The notes: generated by a model from the letters alone, not told the origin. 63,908 nt of DNA, filler included, from Octopus bimaculoides (GCF_001194135.2; 6 parts of 6 records of this genome joined end to end with filler, not necessarily neighbours in it), one strand, 5' to 3'. Positions 12,076-25,725 are shown, counted from the whole stretch's first letter. Numbers and translations: made by a program.

Positions 12076-12462
12076 CATCATCATCATCATTTACATTATG
12101 GCGATGTTGATGATGAAGATTATGATGATGGTGATGGGAATGAAAAGGGTGGGGCACCTTGTTTTAATGATGAAGTTGATATTGATTAATGATAACGATG
12201 ATGAAGTGGAGAAGATAGCGGAATGTGACGATCAGGCTAATGATGTCGCTATTTCCTGTGGTGTACTTAATGACGAAGACCAGATTGTCCACTCAAAAAA
12301 CAATGGTCATAAAGATGATGGCAGTGATAGTGCCAATCATAATGACGACAATGCTAAAACAATGACAACTAATATAATAATAATAATGTTGACAATTTAA
12401 AAAACGATGATGATAATGATAATTATGATGATGATGATGATGATGATGATAATGATGATGAT

Positions 12463-12493
<31 letters not shown>

Positions 12494-12510
12494 AGGAGGA
12501 GGCGGAGGAT
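11900..12510. repeat. (TTA)n, (GAT)n and (GAG)n microsatellite cluster
   Basis: Read directly. Confidence 0.85.
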
Positions 12511-14399
12511 AATGATGGGGTATTCAGGGTAGCAGTGACAAAGGCGGTGTAGTTGTCGACGACGCTGGCTATAGTGATGGCGTGATGTCACCGGTAATTT
12601 ATTTAAGTTAGTTCTCCTTAGCATGTAGAAGAACTTCTAAATTAGGAACAACGTCAAAGCTGCGATTAGTGAGAGCATTTAAGGATTCATTTCTATTAAA
12701 CTGATAGAGACACTCGAAAGTCTATTGCTTGGTAGCTAAGTGGACAACAAGACGGGGAATTTTTGCTTATTGTGTACAATATTCTTGGTGATCATGGCTA
12801 TGTAATTTTCTAGATTTATTGATTTCCTTTATAGATTTTCAATGCCACCGTTGTTCTCATATTGGAAATTATAGTATTTATTTTGTAACTTTTATCCTAT
12901 AACCTCGGCTTATGTAATTTCACATCGTCTCCTATGTCTCTCTAAATTTCTTAGAAACAAGTTCATCTGTCACGTCCTAATTTCATCCAGACCTTCTATT
13001 TTCCCTTTTACTTCTATTTCCCCACTCCTCTTTGTCATCGTTTCTTTCTTTTCGCCCGTTATGTAATCTTCATCTCCAATCTCTTCCCTTAGATCTTATC
13101 TCAGATCTCAAACTTTAACTCCCATTTCATTTGGTCTCTCATTAATCCTAATTTATTTTTATAGCGTCTCTTCAATACATTTCTTTACTTTCATCTCTCT
13201 CCCCTAGTTATATCACACACCACGCCATTATTCATAACCTTTCATTTGTTATTTCTCAAAATAAGCCTTATTTCAGTGTTTGATTGCCAATCTCTCATTT
13301 TTTCTCAATTCCTAACACCACACTATAGTTTTACCTTACTAAACTTCTCATCCTGCATCATTTCATTTTCCCCACCCCTATACAAAGGGGTAATGCAGGT
13401 TTTGACTCAGCTGTATGTTACTCAAAAATTGACTGATGTATTCAGGAGCGATTACGGTTGCACTACTTGATTTAAGTAATTATTTAGTGATACAATTGTC
13501 TGAGATTAGATATCAAGCTTCCAGGTGGAGGTTTTCCATGAATACTGTCAAATAGATAAGTATGTGTGAAAAATTTACGTTGCACCTTCAATGCCGTTCC
13601 ATGATTAAACACCGATTTTGAAATGTCACAGTTCACTTCTACTGAAGATTCCTTCCTGAAAACACCTAAACATATTTAATAAACTTATGTATCTGTAAAA
13701 TAATTGTTATATTAAATAGATGAACTACTTTAATCACAGATAATATTTAGCTGCACCGCCTTTTGTTATCACGGATTTATTTTACACATGTGGTCACCTA
13801 TATAGAGAATTCTTTAAAAAATTAAAACTGAAAAGTTCCAATTTTCATACTCAGAGTTATTCGTTTTCGGATCATCACTTGCTAACCCTATTCTGATTTT
13901 CTTTTCAAATATCCAATGTTTGAATATTTGGCAGTATATTATGGAAGTTGAATGTTACGCGGCTGAGTGGAGGAGAAATGTAAACAGCTGGTCAAAAAAG
14001 ATCAACACAAATACACATTCATTGTTTTTTAATTGAAAACGTTACATAACAGTATTAATTCAAAATATTACTTAAAGAACACAACTTCATGACTTTGCTC
14101 GTACGTAGTGCACGACATTTATAATAATATCGCGAGAACCAGAATTTAAATAAAAAACGTGTGCTTAAAGCAACCGTTTTTCAACTATCGTCCAGAGATG
14201 TTTTTTTTAATTGAATATGTCTAAGCGTGTCTCCAAACATTCCTGTCATATTTCGAAAACTTTTCATTAAAAATTTATAAAGGAAATATGTCCGGTTTAC
14301 CATTAGATCGGATAATGCATTGAATTATATATGAGTATGTAAGTATTTAACTACGTATATAAATTTACATCTACATATACAATCGCAATCACTCACATA

Positions 14400-14436
14400 C
14401 ACAACACACACACGCACACACACACACACACACACG

Positions 14437-14525
<89 letters not shown>
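14400..14525 (+). repeat. (CA)n microsatellite
   Basis: Read directly. Confidence 0.95.
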
Positions 14526-14528
<3 letters not shown>

Positions 14529-15120
14529 TGCACACCATGACACACTCAAAAATACAAACGCAGATTCGCGTTTGTCTATGCATTCAACCAGTGTAGATAA
14601 GATGTGGGGTTAGACACCGTTACATCGGGTTGCTTTATTGGCCATTTGTCGGTACATTCCCGCGTCCTCCTAGACAACCCGTTAAGTAGAGTCCTAGCCA
14701 CTCTCCATCTCTGCGGAATACCTTCTTATTTATCATGATTATGTGACATGTGGTTGACCAATCTGAGCCGTCAACCCAGCAGATCCTCAGTGGAGAGACC
14801 ACGTTGAACAATGTCTAACTTGGAAAATTGATCAACATGACCAAACAAACTGAACGGCGATCCTGAATAATACAAGTATTGGAACTTTAGATAATTCTAC
14901 GTTTTTTCATGGCACAAATATCTGTACTATTTGAGTCAATTGACCTGTGTGTATAAGTGGACACAGCTCATGTTATTCTTTCGTTCGTTAAATCATTACG
15001 TTATGTTGATATGTTATAATCATTCTTAAAATGTCTTTCCTCTGATACCCTCGACAATATTCTTACTACATGTTATGCTGTCATTTCAAATGTTATTCTT
15101 TATGACATAAGTTTTCATTA

Positions 15121-16311
15121 CACTGGTCAACACACGTTTTGCTGATTTAGGTTTTATGGTTGTTTTTCGGTAATTTCGAGATACTGATTTCAAATATGGC
15201 ATATATTTGTTTTATTTTATAATACATCAGGTGTTCATTCTAAATCATATAACTATTTTACGATGTACTGTAAAAATAATTTACATGGGTAGTTTACAAG
15301 TCTTATAGTTTCAAGTTTTCACGTTCTTTCGTTGAATTTTCTATAAAGTCTGAGTCACTGTAATGTTCATGATTTATGCCTCCTTCAGATACAACAGGCA
15401 GTGAAGGTAGATCCTTGAAAACGGATACTGGTACTTCATCTGAGTGAAGCACTGGATGAGTTGCTGAATTGAGATCTGTGTAACCTTTTTCTGTTGCGTT
15501 TTCTTGCTATATCCAGGAGGCTTTGTGAGACAAAAGTAGCAACCGTTTTCATGGTTCTTTGGCTCCCGCCATACTATGCTAAATGTTAGTTGTTCCCAGT
15601 GCCCTTTGACCACAGATTTTTTGACACAGAGTTTTCATAATTTTTGTGCGGGACCCACGATTTATCCTGATCGCCGAATTTAATCTTAAAGTGATCCAAG
15701 TAGGATCTTTTCACAAATTCACTAATTTTCGGTCTGCGACTGGCACTGTAAAACACACACTTATACAAAAAAAAAAGACACGGGAAGTCAAACATTTCCT
15801 TCACAATGACACCATGTAACTGAGCCCGTACGTTATTTCCTGAAACAAATGCGTAAAGAAAGAAAATAATAAATAAAGAAACATATAACTATGTTTGTCT
15901 AAATAGATGTCTAAATAGATGTCTAAATACATAAATAAAAAAATATTCAACAGAAATGTTCGACCATGAAATCTTTTGTACATTTGTCGTGTGTAAGAAA
16001 AGATTAACAACGCAAATTATGACGAACGAGGGTTCGGGCACACAGTTATTAGGAAGCACATGTACATATACTAGGTACATATGCTAGGCGGACAGAGCAT
16101 CACTACCTCACTCATTGATCGCTTAACTGATACTGAGTCTCTTACTGCTAACGCAACCTACGAAAAATACATTCAAAAACTTTTTGAAACATGGAGCTAT
16201 GGGTGGGGAAAAAAACTATTGCTATTTTAAAACCCAATGACCTCGAATTGCCCCAAAACAAGACTCAAACATAGGTCACCACAGAAAAAAGTTAGAAATT
16301 GTTGGCCAGTG
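15121..16311 (-). mobile_element. Chapaev3-like (CMC) DNA transposon, non-autonomous deletion derivative
   Basis: TIRs CACTGGTCAACA (15121) and TGTTGGCCAGTG (ends 16311); flanks TTA and TAA. Decayed N-terminal motifs KISEFVKRSYL...GDQDKSWVPH and WREPKNHENGCYFC at about 15370-15820. Family assignment is from recalled motif similarity. Confidence 0.75.
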
Positions 16312-17059
16312 TAATCTATGATAGAATGGTTAGATCTTTTGCCATAATAAAAAATAAATCTACATTGTTTTTTGGTCTTTTACATGCTTTGAATATCTCA
16401 AATATTTTCGCCATTAATTTAGTGTGGTATTATTCAACAAGATGTAAGGCTTATTCTTCAGCTTCGTTTCATTTATTCTTTTGCTGTTCTCCTCATTATT
16501 TAAATTACGAGCTTTCCATTTCTCCAAATTCACCCCCATCCTATCTGTTGGTTCCTTGAAATAAGAAAAGCATTCGTTTTCTTGTGTCATATTTTATAAT
16601 GACTGTATTAGTTTTCTGTTGTTCCCTCCTTGATATTTTTGTCGACATTCAATGGATATTTTTTTTTTCATATATTTTAGAAAACGCGTCGGTTCCCGTA
16701 TTATGGCATAAAAATATATTCTGTCAGATATTGGATGATTTTCGGAAAATTCAGATGTTGCTTTTCGGTCTCGTTTTCTTAATGAAATTGTTGTCCAGTT
16801 AATGATGCAAATAAAACTCGTAATTGGATAGCCAATGTATAGCTGCATTTTAAGATGTAAACTAAAACAAATACATTATTCATTGCTAGTCTTCCTTTTT
16901 ATGTGTGTATCTTGCACATTGCCTTATTCATTAATTCAAAAATACTGGTAAATGATTGCGGCTAGAAATTCAGCAAAATGTCTTCAGTGTGTTTGAAGGC
17001 ATGACTTCTGAATATTGAGTTAAATAACTTTTTCAGTCAATCGTTTCATCTCTCCTAAT

Positions 17060-17286
17060 TCTTTATTGCCACATGGAGCTAAACATAAAGGGGGCAAACA
17101 AGAACAAACAAAGGGATTAAGTCGATTACATCGACCCCAGTGCTCAACTGGTACTTCTTTAATCGACCATGAACGGATGAATGGCAAAGTCGAACCCGAC
17201 AGAATTTGAACTCAGAACGTAACGGCAGACGAAATACCGCTAAGTATTTCGCCCGGCGTGCTTAAGGATTCTGCCAGCTCGCTGCC
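17060..17286 (-). mobile_element. Full-length tRNA-derived SINE (family B) with perfect 15-bp TSD
   Basis: TSD TTCATCTCTCCTAAT at 17045-17059 and 17287-17301; head ggcagcgagctggcagaatcc and B-box-like gagttcaaattc on the minus strand. Confidence 0.9.
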
Positions 17287-17801
17287 TTCATCTCTCCTAA
17301 TATACTGGGTACTTACACATCAAGAAGTCCACTAAATTCGGAACGGGGCAGGCCTAAGTGAGTTTCATTTTAACTGACCATGTGAAGTCGAGAGTTAAAT
17401 GCTTGTTGACATGGTGCGATCCCAGTACATAAGCGGATGTAATATAATTTTCAGTTTCAAATTAAAAGAAATTTCAATTATTAAGGGAGCCTCTAGTAAG
17501 TTTACTCGTTCCCCAATATTTTGTTTCCTAAAANNNNNNNNNNNNNNNNNNNNNNNNNNNNNNNNNNNNNNNNNNNNNNNNNNNNNNNNNNNNNNNNNNN
17601 NNNNNNNNNNNNNNNNNNNNNNNNNNNNNNNNNNNNNNNNNNNNNNNNNNNNNNNNNNNNNNNNNNNNNNNNNNNNNNNNNNNNNNNNNNNNNNNNNNNN
17701 NNNNNNNNNNNNNNNNNNNNNNNNNNNNNNNNNNNNNNNNNNNNNNNNAGTTGTGTACTGGAGTCGATCTAATCAAATGGTCCCTTCCCAAAAACTTCGC
17801 G

Positions 17802-17842
<41 letters not shown>

Positions 17843-18415
17843 GACTAGAGGAGAAAAGAATATTTGAAGAGCTATACGTAAAGATTGGAAGAGTGTTTTT
17901 ATCGATATGTTACTGATTCTGCTAACCAAAAGGAGTTCTCTTATTTATATCAAAGCTTAAAATCAATTGAAAGTAAACTTAACACTATTCGATAACATAA
18001 AATGCGATGTGCTTAACGTAATTCGCACATTCGTTACAAAAAAGACAAAGCCAACATGACACACATATGGAAGAGAGAATTTAAGAATTAGTAAAGGAGG
18101 AACACCAGTATAAAATGGTGTGATTCTAAAATCAATTGATGTCCAACTATGTGTATTTTAACATACAGAAATGCCAGATTATTTCTGAAAGCTTGCTTCC
18201 GTGAAAGATTACATTAAGTAAACACTAACATGTACGCATGTGTACGTAGACATACATTAAAATATACACGCATATAAACACACACACGTACAAACATTTA
18301 TATATATACATATATATCCACGAATTTATGTATGCCGGTGGACACATGTATTAATACATTAATATATACATATGTATATATACAGATATATATATATATA
18401 TATATNNNNNNNNNN

Positions 18416-18464
<49 letters not shown>

Positions 18465-20714
18465 TGTGTGTGTGAGTGAGTGTGTGTTTATGTACATACA
18501 CACGTATGTATATATACATATACATATACACACACATGCACACACACACACACACACACGCACACACATATATATATATATGCGTCTGTGTATGTGAGAG
18601 AGCGTGTTAGTGTGCATAAGTGGGGTGTATATTGCGGAGCGTGTATATGTATATTAATGGTTTAAGGCTATCGAGCATTTCTGGTTTGCATCGATAAATT
18701 GAACCGATGAGCAAAATCGCAACAGACGGTTGATGATTTATGCTCATATAAAGAATAAGAGATGAGCTAACCTATCATCTATGCATAATAGAATACTAAG
18801 AAATTGGCTGCTAAACCTGAGTATTTTTGTTTAATCTGCTGATTTAATATGTTGACAAGAATATGTATTGAAATTGTTCAATGTAGAAGATAAAGGAAAA
18901 CGTTATCTTCTACCCAAAACCATCTCAATCTTGGCCTTTTCACTCTATCAGATAATGTAGTTATATTTCACCTCTCAATATCACAAGAGTGTTTCGCAGT
19001 CAAACGCAATTTGAAAAGTATGCAAGGAAGGAGTTAAAACTTTGCATTATGCTTAGCAAAATGAAGAGAACTAAAAAACTTCGAATGAGATTAAGATTAA
19101 TTTTATCTACTTATATTTACATAAATCACCGTGTCTAAAGCCATGGCAATGTCACTATGTAACTCATATCACTCGAGAATTTTCTCATGCTATGAGTTCC
19201 TCAACACAGAGAGTTGCAAACGCCATAGCATATGTTATTCTGTTCATGCAATTAGTATAGGAATAGTCAACTATATGAACCCAATTTACTCCAGCATACA
19301 TTCAGTAAAGCTAAGTTTAGTTAGGATTATTCCTTTAATATCCAATTTCTTAACGTAACATTTTTTTGTTGTCCATGCCGTTTAGATCGGTTTTGTTTAC
19401 TCGTGTTAATTTAGAATTCTTTCAGAAATAATATTATCTTATTTTACATATAATTTGTTAGATTTCTGGTGGGGAGCTTTCTTAACATATTGAATAATCG
19501 AGGCACCTCTGAAGATTTCGTCCATAAGATTTATATTTTGAGTAACTGAATATGAGAGATGCTTATCCTTTCCAAATCAATACTCACTGCAGTGTAACAA
19601 AGCAGTTATGGATTTCGTACAGCAGCGACTGCTTCGAGTGTTCAGTTGATCAGAATATGTATTACATATATTTATTGCTACCATTCAAGAGTGTTGTTTG
19701 CCTGTAATAGAATACGAAGATTGTTCTCAAAGCAGAGTGTTCCCAACTGCGTATTTATAACCGTCCGTTCGTTCTTTTATTTACTAGAAAATAGCAAACA
19801 GAGTCATTATAATGATCGATGAAAGATGGAAACTTACGCATTGGTCGCTAGTTGGAACAATACACAATAAAGTTATAAGCTGTATATCTGATATCTAACA
19901 CACAAACACATACACACACACACACACNNNNNNNNNNNNNNNNNNNNNNNNNNNNNNNNNNNNNNNNNNNNNNNNNNNNNNNNNNNNNNNNNNNNNNNNN
20001 NNNNNNNNNNNNNNNNNNNNNNNNNNNNNNNNNNNNNNNNNNNNNNNNNNNNNNNNNNNNNNNNNNNNNNNNNNNNNNNNNNNNNNNNNNNNNNNNNNNN
20101 NNNNNNNNNNNNNNNNNNNNNNNNNNNNNNNNNNNNNNNNNNNNNNNNNNNNNNNNNNNNNNNNNNNNNNNNNNNNNNNNNNNNNNNNNNNNNNNNNNNN
20201 NNNNNNNNNNNNNNNNNNNNNNNNNNNNNNNNNNNNNNNNNNNNNNNNNNNNNNNNNNNNNNNNNNNNNNNNNNNNNNNNNNNNNNNNNNNNNNNNNNNN
20301 NNNNNNNNNNNNNNNNNNNNNNNNNNNNNNNNNNNNNNNNNNNNNNNNNNNNNNNNNNNNNNNNNNNNNNNNNNNNNNNNNNNNNNNNNNNNNNNNNNNN
20401 NNNNNNNNNNNNNNNNNNNNNNNNNNNNNNNNNNNNNNNNNNNNNNNNNNNNNNNNNNNNNNNNNNNNNNNNNNNNNNNNNNNNNNNNNNNNNNNNNNNN
20501 NNNNNNNNNNNNNNNNNNNNNNNNNNNNNNNNNNNNNNNNNNNNNNNNNNNNNNNNNNNNNNNNNNNNNNNNNNNNNNNNNNNNNNNNNNNNNNNNNNNN
20601 NNNNNNNNNNNNNNNNNNNNNNNNNNNNNNNNNNNNNNNNNNNNNNNNNNNNNNNNNNNNNNNNNNNNNNNNNNNNNNNNNNNNNNNNNNNNNNNNNNNN
20701 NNNNNNNNNNNNNN

Positions 20715-20745
<31 letters not shown>

Positions 20746-20766
20746 GTATGTATATATATATATATC

Positions 20767-20965
20767 TTTTGTTTCGTGCATTAGTCTGCAGTCATGCTGA
20801 GGCACCGCCTTGAAGAAGTTTAATCGAGCAAATCGACCCCACTACTTATTTATTTAGGTCTGATATTAATTCTATCATTTCTATTTTGTGGAACCGCTAA
20901 GTTATGGGAGTGTAAATAAACCAATGCAATTTAACAAGAGGTGGTAAGAGACAAACAGACACAAA
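20767..20965 (-). mobile_element. 3' half of SINE family A
   Basis: Reverse complement matches the cttagcggttc...ggggtcgattt...ggcggtgc...cagcatg tail of the copies at 32306 and 36683. Confidence 0.7.
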
Positions 20966-21080
20966 GGCACACGTACACACCACACGGACACGCACATACA
21001 CATACATGTATGCATGTATGTATGTATGGATGGGTGCATGGATGGATGGATGGATGGTTGGATGGATGGATGGATGGATA

Positions 21081-21113
<33 letters not shown>

Positions 21114-21161
21114 ATATATGTATGTATGTATGTATATGTATATATATATATATATATATAT

Positions 21162-21236
21162 AGACCCCTCCGGGCCAATCTCACCCGGGCCGAATCGGTC
21201 GCCCTCCGCAATCTCCGCCGCCGTGTCGACATCGTC
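21162..21236 (+). pseudogene. Penelope-like RT N-terminal fragment
   Basis: GC-rich island translating [25 protein letters not shown], matching the NLT..E..AL..L...DIV motif that precedes IKPADKG in PLE RTs; cut by a spacer. Confidence 0.7.
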
Positions 21237-21337
21237 NNNNNNNNNNNNNNNNNNNNNNNNNNNNNNNNNNNNNNNNNNNNTTAATTAATTAANNNNNNNN
21301 NNNNNNNNNNNNNNNNNNNNNNNNNNNNNNNNNNNNT
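21237..21337. other. Artificial assembly spacer (about N44-TTAATTAATTAA-N44)
   Basis: The same 12-mer centred in about 100 bp of N occurs at five sites. Confidence 0.9.
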
Positions 21338-22104
21338 ATATATATATATAAAACCGTCATCAGCACGACCATAACACATTTTATATTCAGTAACCAAGGC
21401 TCATTGACTTATACAAAAACCGTTGAAGTGACATGATGATGAATAGAGTTCGAAACGTCGTGTAAATGCAATTGTTGAAAACATTAAAGATCCGAGAAAT
21501 TATAGTCGTGTCTTTTAACCGGTTTTATACTAAGTCATTCCTCCATTTCATCAAATAGTCTAGCTAATAGTGGAATGGATGTAAGTATATGAGTGTATGT
21601 GTGGATGTGCGTCCGTATGTGACTGTGTGTGTTACCGTGTACGCGCGGGTGTGTGTGTGTTTGTGTGTGAGTGTGTGACGGCTAAATGAAAAGTAAAGAT
21701 GGCAGATAATTTGAGTTTACAAAACAATCAGATATTTTCCAGACAGCGACGCCGTTTAATTAATTTGAGATGATGGCTCAGATAATGGCTAATTTGTTGC
21801 ACTTATTTTTTAAAAATCCCATTTTTATTACGATCATTACAAATGCCCTCTTATGTTTGTATGTATGTATGTATATATATACATGTGTGTGTCTATGTGT
21901 GTTTGTGTATACATGTATACGTACATAGGCTCCGAGAGAAGTTGTAAGGTGGTGCATAAACACTAAGTTCTGAGTGCACTGCTTCTTAAAGCAGAAACAA
22001 CACTAAACTGACGAAGGTGACAATGAAACTCCTGTCCTTTGTCATTCCATCAATTTCATATTTCGCTCTGCACTCCAGTTCCTTCTCGTCAAGTATATAA
22101 AACT

Positions 22105-22237
22105 TTTGGCTAACACTGGTGGAGTGGCGAGGGGAGGCCGGTATGCATGGGCGACTACTGGTCTTCCATAAACAGCCTTGCCCGAACTTGTACCTCGCGG
22201 GGTAACTTTCTTGGTGCAATCCCATGGTGAGTCATGC
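22105..22237 (+). mobile_element. Probable SINE 3' fragment
   Basis: GC-rich island ending in (AT)n; resemblance to a cephalopod SINE tail is recalled, with no second copy in the window. Confidence 0.4.
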
Positions 22238-22271
22238 ATATATATATATATATATATATACATATATCTGC

Positions 22272-22308
<37 letters not shown>

Positions 22309-22821
22309 CAAACACATGTATATGTGTGTGTGTGGGTGTGTGTGCGCGTTTGTTTGTGTGTGTGTATGGGTGTGGGTGTGTACATATATATTTATATCTT
22401 CATACATTTATACGGCTAAATGTAAAAGTCAAGGGGATTATATTTTAAGGGAAATTTCGCTGCTATATTTAGGTCAACGAACCCTATAATGACTTTTTTT
22501 GTTTACTCAAGGTTCACCGTATACGTTTTAATATGACGTCGAATGAGATGGTAAAACGACAGATGTCTTCCTTAATGTGACGGCGTTTAATTAATTTCAA
22601 ATGATTAATGATTATTCAGGAAGTTAACCGGAAGTATTCAGGAAATAAAGGAGTCACTTAGGGTTTAATGCGATATATGAGAATCAAGGTGATGATAAAT
22701 ATATTCCTTATTTCAAACACAATAATGCTTTTTTATTTTCATTAAATGTTTTTGGAAATAATATTTTTAATGTAGCTTCCCAATAAGCAACTTAAAATGA
22801 ATTAGTACGCACACACACACA

Positions 22822-22888
<67 letters not shown>

Positions 22889-22985
22889 ACACACACATAC
22901 ACACACACACACGCACACATGCGCGCAAAGTTTTGCAATAGTTTTGCAAATTATTGGCTTTATTGGTCAAGTTACAACATAAGCA

Positions 22986-23225
22986 GTGGAGGCGCAATGG
23001 CCCAGTGGTTAGGGCGTTGTGAGTGTTTATTGAGCGAAAACACCTAAAGCTGCACGAGGCTCCGGCATGGGGTGGTGGTGAACCCTGCTGTACTCTTTCA
23101 CTACAACTTTCTTTCACTCTTTCTTCTTGTTTCTGTTGTGCCTGTAATTCAAAGGGACCAGCCTTGTCACACTCTGTGTCATGCTGAATTACCTCGATAA
23201 CTACATTAAGGGTTAACGTGTCTGT
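22986..23225 (+). mobile_element. tRNA-derived SINE (family C) with apparent internal deletion of the head
   Basis: A-box tggcccagtggttagggc runs directly into the body with no B-box; truncated by a gap. Confidence 0.65.
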
Positions 23226-23943
23226 NNNNNNNNNNNNNNNNNNNNNNNNNNNNNNNNNNNNNNNNNNNNNNNNNNNNNNNNNNNNNNNNNNNNNNNNNNN
23301 NNNNNNNNNNNNNNNNNNNNNNNNNNNNNNNNNNNNNNNNNNNNNNNNNNNNNNNNNNNNNNNNNNNNNNNNNNNNNNNNNNNNNNNNNNNNNNNNNNNN
23401 NNNNNNNNNNNNNNNNNNNNNNNNNNNNNNNNNNNNNNNNNNNNNNNNNNNNNNNNNNNNNNNNNNNNNNNNNNNNNNNNNNNNNNNNNNNNNNNNNNNN
23501 NNNNNNNNNNNNNNNNNNNNNNNNNNNNNNNNNNNNNNNNNNNNNNNNNNNNNNNNNNNNNNNNNNNNNNNNNNNNNNNNNNNNNNNNNNNNNNNNNNNN
23601 NNNNNNNNNNNNNNNNNNNNNNNNNNNNNNNNNNNNNNNNNNNNNNNNNNNNNNNNNNNNNNNNNNNNNNNNNNNNNNNNNNNNNNNNNNNNNNNNNNNN
23701 NNNNNNNNNNNNNNNNNNNNNNNNNNNNNNNNNNNNNNNNNNNNNNNNNNNNNNNNNNNNNNNNNNNNNNNNNNNNNNNNNNNNNNNNNNNNNNNNNNNN
23801 NNNNNNNNNNNNNNNNNNNNNNNNNNNNNNNNNNNNNNNNNNNNNNNNNNNNNNNNNNNNNNNNNNNNNNNNNNNNNNNNNNNNNNNNNNNNNNNNNNNN
23901 NNNNNNNNNNNNNNNNNNNNNNNNNNNNNNNNNNNNNNNNNNN

Positions 23944-23981
<38 letters not shown>

Positions 23982-25587
23982 GAGAGAAGAAGAGAGACAA
24001 AGACAGAGAGGGAAAGAGAGAGAGAGAGAAAGAAAGAAAGAAAGACAGAGAAAGGGAGAAAGAAAGAAAATATATGTACACACCGTATATATACTTATAT
24101 ATATAATGATACACACACACACATGTATATATATATATATAATCACAAACATGCAAATATATGTGTATATCCCGGAGCATGTGTGTTAGCGTGGGTGTTA
24201 ATTGAATGCACGTGGACCACCTTTTTATTTTTCAAATGTGTATTCATCACACGATTTGAAATAATTTTTTTCATATTAGACCCTTTTATATTTAATTTGG
24301 CGAGAATCAAGTTCCTAAGTTCGTTAACGCTTCAAAACCCTTTCTGTATGGAATCAATGTGTTGGAGTATTGTCGTGCATTGAGCACTTAGCAGTAAAGT
24401 CGCATGAAGAGTATTCTAGGATTGATACAGTGCGATCTCCGGGTTGAATAATACACGCTTCACCCGTTTCATTCCAATTCTTCGTGGGTACCCCCCACCG
24501 CGCACGTGCGCACACAAATAGGCAAACACATAAACACATACACACACAAACACACTCACATACATATATATATTTACATACATACAGACAGAAAGATAGA
24601 CAGACAGACATCTAACATAGGCGCAATCGTGGCTGTNNNNNNNNNNNNNNNNNNNNNNNNNNNNNNNNNNNNNNNNNNNNNNNNNNNNNNNNNNNNNNNN
24701 NNNNNNNNNNNNNNNNNNNNNNNNNNNNNNNNNNNNNNNNNNNNNNNNNNNNNNNNNNNNNNNNNNNNNNNNNNNNNNNNNNNNNNNNNNNNNNNNNNNN
24801 NNNNNNNNNNNNNNNNNNNNNNNNNNNNNNNNNNNNNNNNNNNNNNNNNNNNNNNNNNNNNNNNNNNNNNNNNNNNNNNNNNNNNNNNNNNNNNNNNNNN
24901 NNNNNNNNNNNNNNNNNNNNNNNNNNNNNNNNNNNNNNNNNNNNNNNNNNNNNNNNNNNNNNNNNNNNNNNNNNNNNNNNNNNNNNNNNNNNNNNNNNNN
25001 NNNNNNNNNNNNNNNNNNNNNNNNNNNNNNNNNNNNNNNNNNNNNNNNNNNNNNNNNNNNNNNNNNNNNNNNNNNNNNNNNNNNNNNNNNNNNNNNNNNN
25101 NNNNNNNNNNNNNNNNNNNNNNNNNNNNNNNNNNNNNNNNNNNNNNNNNNNNNNNNNNNNNNNNNNNNNNNNNNNNNNNNNNNNNNNNNNNNNNNNNNNN
25201 NNNNNNNNNNNNNNNNNNNNNNNNNNNNNNNNNNNNNNNNNNNNNNNNNNNNNNNNNNNNNNNNNNNNNNNNNNNNNNNNNNNNNNNNNNNNNNNNNNNN
25301 NNNNNNNNNNNNNNNNNNNNNNNNNNNNNNNNNNNNNNNNNNNNNNNNNNNNNNNNNNNNNNNNNNNNNNNNNNNNNNNNNNNNNNNNNNNNNNNNNNNN
25401 NNNNNNNNNNNNNNNNNNNNNNCACACATTCTATTCACACAAAAACACCTATATACACATACGCGCAGACATTTTATTTACACATACATATAGATACTCA
25501 CTCACAAACACACACACGCACGCACACACACACACATATATATACGTATATAAATATAGGAGTGTTAATTACATCATCCAATAGTCG

Positions 25588-25725
25588 CTTGACTGCTAGA
25601 AAGAGCAACCAAATCTCCCGAAAATGTCGTTTAGACAAAGTCACAATGTTTATTGTGATCAAGGTGTCCTTGCTCATAGACAGATGTGGTGATGGCCACG
25701 GCTGGAATGCGTTTGATTAGAGGTT
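25588..25725 (+). mobile_element. Degenerate SINE tail (family F)
   Basis: ctgctagaaagagcaaccaaatctcc...gatggccacggctggaatg; similar to 55020-55210 and about 3900-4090. Confidence 0.5.

Noticed and set aside
12835-12875. Micro-exon encoding FQCHRCSHIGNY (zinc-knuckle-like)
   Set aside because: Lacks the conserved His and final Cys, has a weak donor and no linked exons.
13640-13670. CTGAAGA...GAAA hammerhead-like spacing
   Set aside because: No stem II complementarity and no stem III or NUH triplet.
14600-14870. Possible RTE 3' fragment (QWRDHVEQ)
   Set aside because: Similarity is too weak to assign by eye.
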